A DNA stretch of 64,000 nt from Rozella allomycis CSF55 (Eukaryota): NCBI GenBank assembly GCA_000442015.1, contig KE561158.1, positions 1 to 64,000 of the forward strand, given 5' to 3'. Position numbers and translations under genes: made by a program. The notes beneath the pieces were generated by a model. The model ran no database searches. It was not told the origin of the DNA and was given only the letters and a program-made list of their open reading frames with translations. The stretch's first letter is position 1, and the number at the start of each line of letters is the position of its first letter. This document shows, piece after piece, positions 13,393 through 24,348 of the stretch.

Positions 13393-15328
13393 TTTTTATT
13401 ACTAAGATATAGCTGTAAAATAATCACATACTACATGATCAACTAACAACTTATTAGCCACTTCGGGTAAGAGCGGCTAAAAGCCGGTTACAAGTCTAAT
13501 TTTTGGACCTTGAGAAAATTCATAGGAGAATAATAGAAAGAATAAAACCAGGAAACAGAAAGTAGGTTCATTTCTGGAAACATACTTCTTTGGAATTTGA
13601 CAAAATCGAAAAATATTAATTTGAACACATCAGAGACTTGGAGACAAAGTCTTGGGAGAGAAATAGTTGGTATTACTGTCAATTGTGTTTATTGTGCAAA
13701 ATAAAGTAATTTAATTGAATTTTTTTACCCGGTTCTAGGTGAACCAGGCAATAGGAAAGATTGCGATCAGTATAGACATTACTGAGCATGAAGAGTAGTA
13801 GATAATTCTAAATAAATATCTCTTTTCAAAATCAATGTTATTTGTTGGTACATTAAAATATGTTTTGAATTGGACAAAAATAAATATTGATTTCATTAAA
13901 GAAACCTTAGATTGGGATTCTAACTAATTTGAAATCAACAGAGATTACGCTTCAACTTGTTGCATTTAAATTAATATCTACTCCTCCTCATTCCGAGTAA
14001 TGTCAATACTGATAGCAACCTTCTTGATTGCTTGGTTAAATAATATCTTCGTGTGCAAATTCAATTAAATTCTTTATTTTTATCAATGCTAATTCTGGAG
14101 GCACAACAAACACAACAGGAACAATTAGCAAAGCAACAATTTGCCTTCCATTACCTTGTTTCCAAGTTTTAATCCGTTCAAAATAGCATGATTCCATAAT
14201 TCAGATTTGCGGAAAACAATTCCATTTTTTCTTGTGAATTTTTCAAGATTCAAAATTTCTCTTGCATCTAATACATTCATGATAATCTGAGCCGCCGGAT
14301 GTAACAATTTGTTGTAGACTTTTAGAATTTTAGAAATGGTTGTATTGAATTTTTTCAGTTGAGCATTCTGGAACTTTACATTGTAACCTTTTTATCAGTT
14401 TTTGTTAAATTCAATTTCTCTACAGAAAGTCTTTGTCTTTTATCTAATATATTTATCCCTTGCAATTTGCATGTCCATTAAGCAGTACCAACAATAAGAT
14501 AAATCATCCAACTCCTGTAGTCTGAAACAATAAAACTCCGTCCTTCTATTTCTTCAAACTCCTCCATATTTCAAAATATTATCAACCTTCTCTTCTTTTG
14601 TATACATATCATTAAAGGCTTTCCTCAAAGAGTATATGTCCCATTGGGCCATTGATGCCTTTGTCTTGTAACTATTGAACCCATGTCATGGCCTACCATC
14701 CAGTGGCATCCACGCTATTAAGTTATTAAGTTCTCTTTCTTTGTTAGAGTCGTTTCTACTCGGTCTACAGAAGTTTTACATGTTATTTTCAAAATAATTG
14801 AAAGAGGAAGCTGTCGGTAATGTCAATCTTGGCTTATTCTTCAGACTCGCTCTTTTCATTACAGGGGTTATTCCAAGGTATAAACTCACCATCATGATCA
14901 TCAAGATTATTTACAACTTTGACATTTACGATAATTTTGACTTTATTTCCTAAAATACGGAATACCCTAACGAAATTTTATTAATTTGAAATGAGGAAGA
15001 CTTGACGTCAATCAACCTATAAAATATAAATTATAATTAATCAAATTTTCATTGAATGAACACCTTCATTAAAGATTCCTTGACATTATATGATAAATCC
15101 AAATTCAATTACCAGAAAATAATTCTGTTACTGTGAAACTGAAATTATTACTCCTTCCTCCTAAGATCTCCAAAGACGGGGTGCCCTATTTTTATGCTAA
15201 GCTGTACCCGCGGATAATGGATAATTATTATTAAGGAAACGAATGTCTACTCACTCTTAGTCTATTGAATAGAATCTAAATTATTCCGATAGTGCCATTA
15301 TCTCATACAAGCCACTTTCGATTTTTGA

Positions 15329-16497
15329 ATGCTAAAAAGTGACTGCAAAAAGGCATTTGAAGATTTTGTTTTTAACATTCAATCAACGTTATTTGATAAT
15401 ATCGTTGACGAAGAATATTTACAAAACTGTGTATGTTTTTTCTCATAGTATTTTTAGACCGTAGTTCTAACGCCTCCGATATATGATGAAGCAATATTTG
15501 AAAGAGTTTGTGCAAATACATGCGGTTTTCCTTGTTGCCAAAACAAGCTCAAAAAATCTAAAGGATGGCAAACATTTGAAGAGGAGTCAACATGGTTCTG
15601 TTCCAAGACGTGTAGGCAAAAGTCCTTTGAGTATAAAAGTAAATTAAAAAGTATGCCAATCAATGAAAGATTAATGATGTAAAAGTTTAAGATGTTTAAT
15701 TTAGGAAACAGGGCAATGTTGTAATAAAGGGATTCGAGAATTTTGCTCTTTGGGACGAGTTTAAAGCGAAATCTGTAGAAAAACTTTCCGAAAATCTGGC
15801 AGATAATTTGATGATTATAGAAAACTATTCTCCAGATGAAAGTAGCGCCGACCTTTCTCAGTCATTTTTATTAGAAAAAACAGAAGATGCATTCTATGCA
15901 GAAATTAATGATGAATATTACGATGATAGATGTTTATATAATGTTTCTGAATGCGTGGGTGAAAGTTCGGATGAGAGTTCCAGTTCGCCACTGAAGGCGA
16001 AGCTAAGCGTCTTTGGTCGCATTTTGACTTTTTTTAATAATGCAATTACTGAAAACACGATTCTTTTTCTTAATGATAAACCATATTCCGACTTGGTCAC
16101 AAATGTGAACGTTCAAAGGACAAATTTAATGTACAGAGTACTTTCCCCTTGGTAATTGATGAATTATTGATTTCAAATTAGTATACGTGAAATAACAAGA
16201 AATTTTGAAGGTTTAGATGAATCAGACCTGATTACCTTTATCAGGACTCTAGAATGTCCACCGAAATTCTCATTCACATATTCAAACAAAGAAGGATTTA
16301 TTGTCATATTCTTATTGATTGATCTGTAAGAATCGCTTTATATTTATCTAATTTTTAGGTTATCAAGGAAACGTCGGACGATTGCAAATTATGATACGTT
16401 AAAACAATGGACTTCACAAAAAGTCAAAAATATTATGAAAGAAGATTTACTTTGCGAACTTTGTCGGAATCTAAGTAGGACGTGTTTTAAACAATAA
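15329..16497 (+). CDS. RTR1: RPAP2/Rtr1-like RNA Pol II CTD phosphatase (4 introns)
   Basis: Spliced YDEAIFER...CGFPCC...FCSKTC, the RTR1-type zinc finger. Confidence 0.78.
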
Positions 16498-16521
16498 AAA
16501 ATTATGGCTTAGATTTTTTAA

Positions 16522-16875
16522 ATGTCATCAATAGACGTTCAAATAGAATTTACGTAGTGTTATTTCCTTATTAAAAATGATAGTGGTGGACTTGAAACTC
16601 TTTTTAGCAACCAAAGAAATATTAATTTGACGGTACCTTCGAACACCAGCATTGCAGAACTGTTGACTATTCTAAAGACAGACCATCTAACTGGAAAACC
16701 AGAGTTGTTTTTAAGTGGGAATACTGTGTAACTAACTTATGAAAGCTTTACTTTTAGCAGACCTGGTATCTTAGTGTTAATCAATAATTGTGATTGGGAA
16801 CTAGAAGGAGAAGCAAAATACATAATTCAGCCAAAGGATTCCATAGTTTTTATTTCAACTCTTCATGGTGGTTAA
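16522..16875 (+). CDS. URM1: Ubiquitin-related modifier 1 (2 introns; absent from the ORF track)
   Basis: [18 protein letters not shown]...[16 protein letters not shown]...FISTLHGG*. Confidence 0.95.
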
Positions 16876-16952
16876 AATAAATTTCAACGGACCGTAAGGT
16901 CATTTTTTGAAAATTCTATAGCTAATGTATTTCCCCTCATATTAACTTGTTA

Positions 16953-17080
16953 CAAAAAGGGCTTTGAATCATGAACTTTGATTCCACGAGGCTATAAGCA
17001 TCGTGCAGCATCGCCATCAAGAGATGCTGGAAGCGTAATGTTTGGATCAGGCAGATGAGATTCGCTTAATTTCGTCGCCT
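16953..17080 (+). ncRNA. U11: U11 snRNA (minor spliceosome)
   Basis: 5' AAAAAGGGCTT; four-way junction closed by GCTTT/GAAGC; SL3 ATCGCCATCAAGAGAT; Sm-like AATGTTTGG; 3' stem-loop AGGC...GCCT. Confidence 0.88.
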
Positions 17081-17101
17081 CTTTATTTGGATTTTTCATA
17101 A

Positions 17102-17822
17102 ATGTCTGTCAACAATTTTGAAGGTGAATACAGAGCTACATCAGACATTCAAATTCGCGAAATCTTGGCAAATTTTTGGAAAACACATAACTTAGTTGTG
17201 GAATCGCAACCTGTTGATTTTAAAAATCATCAACTGCCGTTAGCGAGAATCAAAAAGGTCATGAAAATAGATAATGGGGTTAAGGTAATTATGCAACTTT
17301 ATAATTAATTTAGATGATAAGTGGCGACGTAAGTTGATTTAAGATTGTGATTTAGGCCCCGATCCTATTTGCTAAAGCATGCGAATTGTTTATTCTAGAA
17401 TTGACATTAATGTCTTGGCTTCAAACTGAAGAAAATAAGAGACGTACATTGCAGAAAAGTGATATCTCTGCTGCAGTAGCAAAAAGCGATACGTTTGACT
17501 TTTTAATCGACATATTACCGCGAGACGAGCTAAAACCAGTTAAAAAGGGCGACGTAAAGGATAATATTACATAAAACATAGTATGGAATGCTTGATCCAA
17601 ACGAAGCTGCCTTATTTTATCAGCAAAACATGGCCTTTGCTGCATCAGTAATGCGAACCCGGTAATATGATAGGGACTTGGAAATGCACATTTAATGGGA
17701 TTTCCACATAATGCAGTTCCCGAAGCTGATAAATATATTGTAAGAATTGATTAATTGTGGTTTTTTAGGACAGAGAATCCGAATTCAGTAACCTAATAAA
17801 TGGCGATGGAGAAACGGAATAA
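17102..17822 (+). CDS. HAP5: NF-YC/Hap5 histone-fold subunit (5 introns, 15-nt microexon)
   Basis: [16 protein letters not shown]...[22 protein letters not shown]...[11 protein letters not shown]. Confidence 0.93.
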
Positions 17823-17912
17823 AATAGGTATACGTCTATCTAAGCACGAAAAATGCTTGAAAAGCTCCTTTGAAAATAATTTTATTTTTGACAGCATTTT
17901 CCTTTAGGTTTC

Positions 17913-19125
17913 TCAATTTCTAGCTTCCAATTGTATGCTTTCTTGATTTGAAAATGATTTCGACATTGATTTATTTTCACTGACTGATATTTTGCGATGA
18001 TCATTCATTGTATCTTTAACCTCTAGATATGTTTTATCTCCTGTTAAAGATATTTTCTTTGACGTTTCAAATTCATTCAATGCAGCTTTGCCTTTCTGCG
18101 ACCTATGAGATTTAAAACTAATAAGTTCTTATTACGAAATTGCTGATTCTGTTCTCCCTGAACTGTCACTTTGTTTGGACTTATTTAGCTTTTCATGGAT
18201 TCTTTTAGTCTCGGTTTTTCTAGCGTATATAGGTTTCTGCTGACGCCAAAATTCAGTTCTACTCTCAAGATACTGCAAACCCTCGTTAATTAAATCACTT
18301 AAAGAATCGTTTGGAGCAAAATCAGGATCATCAGCTAACTTTTGTAGATATTCTTTATCAGCATATAATTCGCCTAGAAGTTGTTTTTCATTGGCCTCTC
18401 TTTTTGCTTGAAGAGCAGTGTCTACAACTTTTAACTGAGCTACACTCTTTTTGACATCAATCACTGTAGCTCTAGCCATTGACTTCTTATCATTAGTTTT
18501 AAGCGCTGATGGAGTGATAAATGGCGTAGACATAGTATAGCTATCAGATCTTTGGCTATGAATGGGTTTTAGCTGATATTCCTTATCTTTTCAAAACGAC
18601 TCTATCTCATTACTGCCAATAGAATTATCTATAGCTTCTTTGGCCTTTTGTATTCCTAATCTGAATTCATCTAATTCAGGTCGTAAATTGTGACCCCGAT
18701 GGTAGTAAACAAGCGCCTTTTCAAATTCACCCATGGAATAAAGCGCTTCAGCTTTGTACAGTTTCCCCTTCAAAATTCTATGGCAATTAATTTACTTTGA
18801 AAAAGTCCTTGTCTTCTTTAAGTGACGCTTCTGCGTCAGAAAGCGCTGCTTTAGGATCTCCGAGTTGTAAGTGGCATTTTGCTCGTGACACTAGGCAGTT
18901 CTTATCTGTTGGTCTATGTAATAATGCCATTAAATAATATAATATACTTCATACTTTGGTGAAAGCCTCCACTGCTTTTCTTGGATCACCTTGCTTTGCT
19001 AAAAGGTCCCCTTCCGCCTGGAGTGATTGGAATGAAGAAACTGGCCCATCATTTCCTGATCCGTCGTCGCCTATATCATGGTTCTCGTTATTAACGGGGG
19101 GTGTATTTGAAATAACCTTCGCCAT
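17913..19125 (-). CDS. TTC25: Outer dynein arm docking TPR protein TTC25/ODAD4 (N-terminal-type short form)
   Basis: KAEALYSMGEFEKALVYYHRGHNLRPELDEFRLGIQKAKEAI; LLGELYADKEYL; RTEFWRQQKPIYAR. Confidence 0.9.
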
Positions 19126-19225
19126 GTAATGGTTACTAGGTAAGCTTCAACTAAATAAAAATAGGCCACAAGTTGATAAATTATGTCCAAGAATCTTAAA
19201 AAGAGTAAAATATATTTAATTATAA

Positions 19226-20123
19226 TTAATTCTTGATAATTTTTTGTTCTCCACTCCATTCCTCACATGGCGCCAATCGCATGTAGTTTTCAACATTCCC
19301 CGGTTCAACACAAAACATATTTTTGTACTAATAAAATATATAAACTTAATTTACGCTTTCATCTCCAAAGTCCGCCATTGTCTTTGACTTTTGAATCCAA
19401 GGATTCCACACGACAACATCAGAGAACCCATTCAATTGAAGGGTAATATCAAAATCACCAGTTTCGAGATGTAAAGATTCCGGAATTGAATAGTAGCGAC
19501 AATCAACTTCTTTACCAAACGTTATTGCCTCATTGTTTTCCACTCCGTTTTGTCTAGTCAGGTCGTCACAAAATGAAGCTCCCTTTAAACCTTTCACTCG
19601 AACATTTGCAATGTCAGAGGTATAAAAATATGTATGAAATAAAGTTTGGAATTCAAATACGCTGTCTCCGGTATTCTGAACTCTTATTCTGGTTGTTAAT
19701 TTGTCCTTAAAAAGTACTACATGATACGTAAGTTTAAAGGAGTGTGGCCAAAGTTTTCTGGTAGTTTCGTTATCCGTCAATTCGAAGGATGTCTCAATAT
19801 AATCTTTACATTCATTCACATTTTTCGACCATGTCCAATCAATGTTCCTGGCAAAGCCGTGTTGAGTAGGAATTTTTCCTTTGCCAAATTGAGCTAAATT
19901 ATAAAATATGAATATTCTTACGAAATACCAATGGAATACCGCCCCTAATTGGCTTTGATTTGTCAAAAAGAGCTTTATCAGATAAGAATAGTATCGTTCT
20001 ATTTTGCAATGTACAATGAGTGATTGTCGCTCCAAATATGTGGATGTTACAATAGCTCTGGCCAATGCTTATTTTAACCGAGTCTATGTTTCCATTTTCA
20101 AGCTTTTTGATTTCAAAGGGCAT
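19226..20123 (-). CDS. Glucose-6-phosphate 1-epimerase (aldose epimerase family; 2 introns)
   Basis: PIRGGIPLVFPQFG, QHGFARN, LFHTYF, DVVVWNPW, FCVEPG. Confidence 0.9.
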
Positions 20124-20144
20124 CTCGAATCAGATATTTCATAA

Positions 20145-21149
20145 ATGGAAATAGACCCTAAAAAAGAAGAAAGAAATGAAGATGATGTAAAGGAGCCTAC
20201 AAAAGTTGAAGACATCAAGTCGAAATCATGGTGGGAGACTCTAGCGACCACTGTCATACAAACGGTAAAAGCAATGCAATTATTGAAATAGTCTAATTCA
20301 TTGATAGATCAATACAAAGATGATGTTAAAGATTTAGTTAATACTGTTGTTCAAGAAGCTAAACCAGAGAGAGTGAAAGAAAACTTGAGAAAGATATTCC
20401 AAGATGACTCCACTGAAGACAACAATAGTGATCAAGGATTAGCACTTCCTTCATTATCTCTTCCGAATTTCGCAATACCAAAAATTGAAAAGCAACAAAT
20501 TGACAATTTATTGAATAAAGTCACGGAGAACATTACGAATTTTGTAAATGATTTAACAGGCCCAGATTTATCTGAAGAAGTGAAAAAGTTCAACTTGAAT
20601 GAATCTTTTTACCTAAACCCCATTGAATCAATTGACTACAAGAATTACGTAGATTCGGTAAATATTGAAGACAAAACTACAGAAATATCTAAAATTCTTC
20701 AAACCTATCCAGAAGTTTCAAATTTGTTTGGCAGATTGGGTAAAGAATAGTCAGAAAGAGAAATAGTACCTGAGAAACTTGAATACAAAGAATTTTGGTG
20801 TAGATTTTTCTTCCATGTTGAAAAAACTGTTCTTTTTGAAAACAAAGAGGAAGTGGATCAGGAAGTCATCACGGATACTTGGACAGGGCTAACTGTACTA
20901 TCACCAGTGAAAGAGGAAGGTGTTCATGACCTAGAAGGAAAGACAAAAGAGATGTTAAATTTACCGCCAACGCTAGATCATGAATTAATTCAACAAGAAA
21001 AGCCATCCCCTGGCTTGCTTGGAGTGGATGATTTGGATGATCTATTAAAGGATGTAAACATTGAAGTAAGCTATGCGATTCACGATTTAAAGGAATCAAT
21101 GAAGGAGAACGAAACTAAAGACGATGATGAATGGAGCATTTCGGATTAA
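20145..21149 (+). CDS. BSD-domain protein (Dos2-like; 2 introns)
   Basis: ISKILQTYPEVSNLFGRLVPEKLEYKEFWCRFFF; acidic C-terminal DDEW. Confidence 0.8.
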
Positions 21150-21292
21150 GAATTCATTTGAAAATATGATTGATTATTAATAAAGATGATCACAAATATA
21201 TTATTTTTGATGACAAATATATTATTTTATCCCATAAGATAAATGAATTTGAGAATCGAAATTTTAAGTTGGAAATTTCTTTAATAGCTTTG

Positions 21293-21438
21293 ATCAAAAA
21301 AGCCAGGTGGTCTTTGCCATAGTCCTACTCTGTTACCGGGTTTGGTCTGTCATAGATCACCGCGATTAAGTATATCGTGGCTAAGGAAATCAAATTCTTA
21401 AATTAATAAGATTTCTGAGCCGAGAAAGCCACACATTT
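21293..21438 (+). ncRNA. Candidate structured ncRNA of unknown family
   Basis: GC-rich island with three-way junction and G-U pairs favouring the + strand; PSE-like motif ~62 nt upstream. Confidence 0.45.
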
Positions 21439-21465
21439 AATTAAAATAGTTTGAGAAAATCTGTT

Positions 21466-22807
21466 TTATTTTGCTTGGATTATTTTCCCCGAACAAGAAC
21501 CAAAACCAACTACGATTTCGCCTTTTTTGCACATTCCACGAATAGTAACCAAATCGCCATCCTCTAGAAATGTTCTCTCTGACCCATCTTTCAAAGTTAC
21601 AGAATTCTGACCATTCCATGATAGTTCCAGCATAGATCCAAATGAATCTTTTGTAGGCCCTGATATTGTCCCAGTTCCACATAAATCACCGGGTCTCATA
21701 TTACACCCATTAATTGTATGATGTGCCAATTGTTGCTTAAACGTCCAATACATGTGCTTTAGGTTAGATTTGCAAACAACAGTTTCTTCATTTGATTTTT
21801 CGGCTATATTGTGACTTCAATTCTTTTACGCTTAATAGACACTTCTAATTCGACATCATATGATCCCGATTCTTTGTCTTCCAGGTAAGGGAGTGGTGTA
21901 GGATTTTGCCTCGGCCCTTCAACCAGAAAAGGTTCCAAAGCATCTAAAGTAACAACCCACGGAGAAATCGTAGTCCCAAAGTTTTTGCCGAGAAAAGGGC
22001 CTAATGGAACATATTCCCATGCTTGAATATCTCTAGCACTCCAATCATTCATGAGAACAACGCCAAAAATATGCTCGTTAGCATTTTGAATTGATATCGA
22101 TTCACCCAATGCATTTCCTTTCCCAACAACAAATGCCATTTCAAGTTCAAAATCCAATTTCTCGCTAGGCCCAAATTTAATTGAGCCATCTTTAGCCTTT
22201 TTCTGCCCATTTGGCCTCCTTATATCGGTGCCAGATAATACGATAGATGATGCTCGGCCATGGTATCCAACGGGTAAATGGACCCAATTTGGCATAAGCG
22301 CATTTTCAGCACCTCTAAACATGGTACCAACATTTTTAGCATGCTCTTTCGATGCGTAAAAATCAGTATAATCCCCAATAGTAAATGGAAGATGCATTTT
22401 AACAGCGGTTAATGGAATCAACACGTCTTTCATTAAAATTTCATTCCCTGATATGGTCTTATTTTCTTCTGAAAGTAAATCTTGTAATCTCCTTCTAGCT
22501 TCTTGCCACGCTGGTCTTCCTAGAGCCATGAATTTATTCAATGTCGGCTTTTAAATGATATTACGTTTCAATTACCTGTGAAAACACGTCCTCTGAATGT
22601 TGTCGAAGAATCGGTCCATTAAATAGTGACTTTATTGCCAATAAATTACAATCCACCACAAATTCCCCAATCGCTACACCTACCCTAGGTTTCGGTGTAC
22701 TCTATAAATTAAGAAATGGGAAACTATACGGCTGTAGAAAATATCCCGAAAGGTATGTTATGTAAAGTAAATCCCGAGTCCTTTGGTATTGAAACGAAGC
22801 TTTTCAT
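21466..22807 (-). CDS. FAH: Fumarylacetoacetate hydrolase (3 introns)
   Basis: [52 protein letters not shown]. Confidence 0.97.
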
Positions 22808-22889
22808 AATTGATTTCAAGCCACCAGAAACCTGTAAATTAAATCGAAGTTTAGTCGATAAATTTTTAAATATTTCAGCCGTGTCCAAC

Positions 22890-22974
22890 CCGTCCATAGC
22901 TCAGTTGGTAGAGCGCGTGACTGTAGTGTCTCATAGTTATCATGATGTCCCTGGTTCGACTCCGGGTGGACGGA
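22890..22974 (+). tRNA. tRNA-Tyr(GTA) with 12-nt intron (22927-22938)
   Basis: Acceptor CCGTCCA/TGGACGG, D arm TAGCTCAGTTGGTAGAGC, anticodon stem CGTGA/TCATG, GGTTCGACTCC, downstream T-run. Confidence 0.95.
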
Positions 22975-23057
22975 CTTTTTGTTGATATTTATGATTTGCG
23001 GTAGGCAAGTTGTATTTTATGCATATATGATACAATTATATTTATTATAGTAGAAAT

Positions 23058-24246
23058 CTAAATAGTTTGAAGGTCTAAAGAGCTGGTCCATTCAATTAAT
23101 TCATCCACCTCCCTTTCTAGATCATCTTCTTCATCCTTTTTATGCTCATCATTTGTCTCTTCTAGGTTTACATTGTCATTACTAAGCAACTGAGATTTGG
23201 AGAGAGACTTCAATGAAATTTGTGAGGTCGCAGTCTGCAAGTTTTTAAGACTATCTTTAAGAATGTTTGAAATATTCATCACTTCTAAGTTCTTCAGTTC
23301 ACCTAGGGGTTGATTATTTTTTGTGATCATTATATCATCTTTAAGACTTCTGGATTTGGATATCTGAGTATCATTTTCCTTTTTAGACTGCTTTTTAGAA
23401 ATATTTCTCGCTTTTTTATTCCATACACTTTGTATAAGCGAGTCCATGACAGCCGTTGTATCCGTGATACATTCATGGCTTTCTGGAGAATTATTAGAAG
23501 AGGTAGCTAGCATAATCCAGGACTTATAGTAATCCGTATATGATATCATGATTTTCTTTTCTTTTCGAATAATTTGATCCACTTGCTTAATAATAATGTT
23601 AGCATCATTAAGTTCTTTCTCTATCTTTTGAGATATTAAATCAGCTACATTTAAAAAGGTTGTTCATTCATACCTCTTGCCCTCACAGACATAACGGCGC
23701 AATCACCAGCAAGTTGGTTGTAGTAATGGGGACTCTCTAGAAAAAGTTGTAGTGCTTCATTGTTGCATGAATATTCAAGTTCCGGCTCATGCAAAAGTCT
23801 CTATCAGAAACAAAACTGATTTTTACACTTAATTCACTCAACAGGAATGACATGGACGTTCCTTCTAACCAATTATTTTCACTCAACATTGAGCAGGTTA
23901 ATTGCCCAGTATCAGGGTTTACAAGTTGTATCAAAGAATTTGTATTACTATTTGGGTGAAAGGGAATTGTCATGTAACGTACGTGCGGAGCAATTGAATC
24001 AAAACGCTCTTCAAAGATAACCTCGAGTTCAAATACACCATCTGAGTATAGCATGAATTTAAGATATACTTTCCCAGCTGGTTCCTGGTTTGCCTTCAAT
24101 ATACACCTATATGGGCACATGATATTGCGTACCAACCATTCAAAGAAATTCCAATTGATTAATTCTACATTAATAAACGGTAGTGGATTTCTTTTTAGTT
24201 CGTTATAGTATTTTTCCAGTAACAAAAATGCTCTCGATGATGCCAT
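23058..24246 (-). CDS. E2 ubiquitin-conjugating-fold protein (UBE2U-like) with C-terminal extension (5 introns)
   Basis: Spliced W.VYIEGKPGTSWENGVF...TIPFHPNINPDTGQ...LLHEP. Confidence 0.8.
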
Positions 24247-24348
24247 GATAATTAATGGTCGCCATAGGGATATTTGATTTCGTCTAAAGTTCCAAACTTG
24301 TATACATCACCTATTACATCTAAGCAAATTTATTTAAACATTAACAAC

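Noticed and set aside
15329-17080. RPAP2 (an snRNA-transcription factor in animals) close to U11 as a functional cluster
   Set aside because: One adjacency in a dense genome; indistinguishable from chance
21378-21392. TAAGGAAA resembling the U12 branch-recognition region
   Set aside because: The U12 5' end (GCCTTAAAC) and stem-loop order are absent
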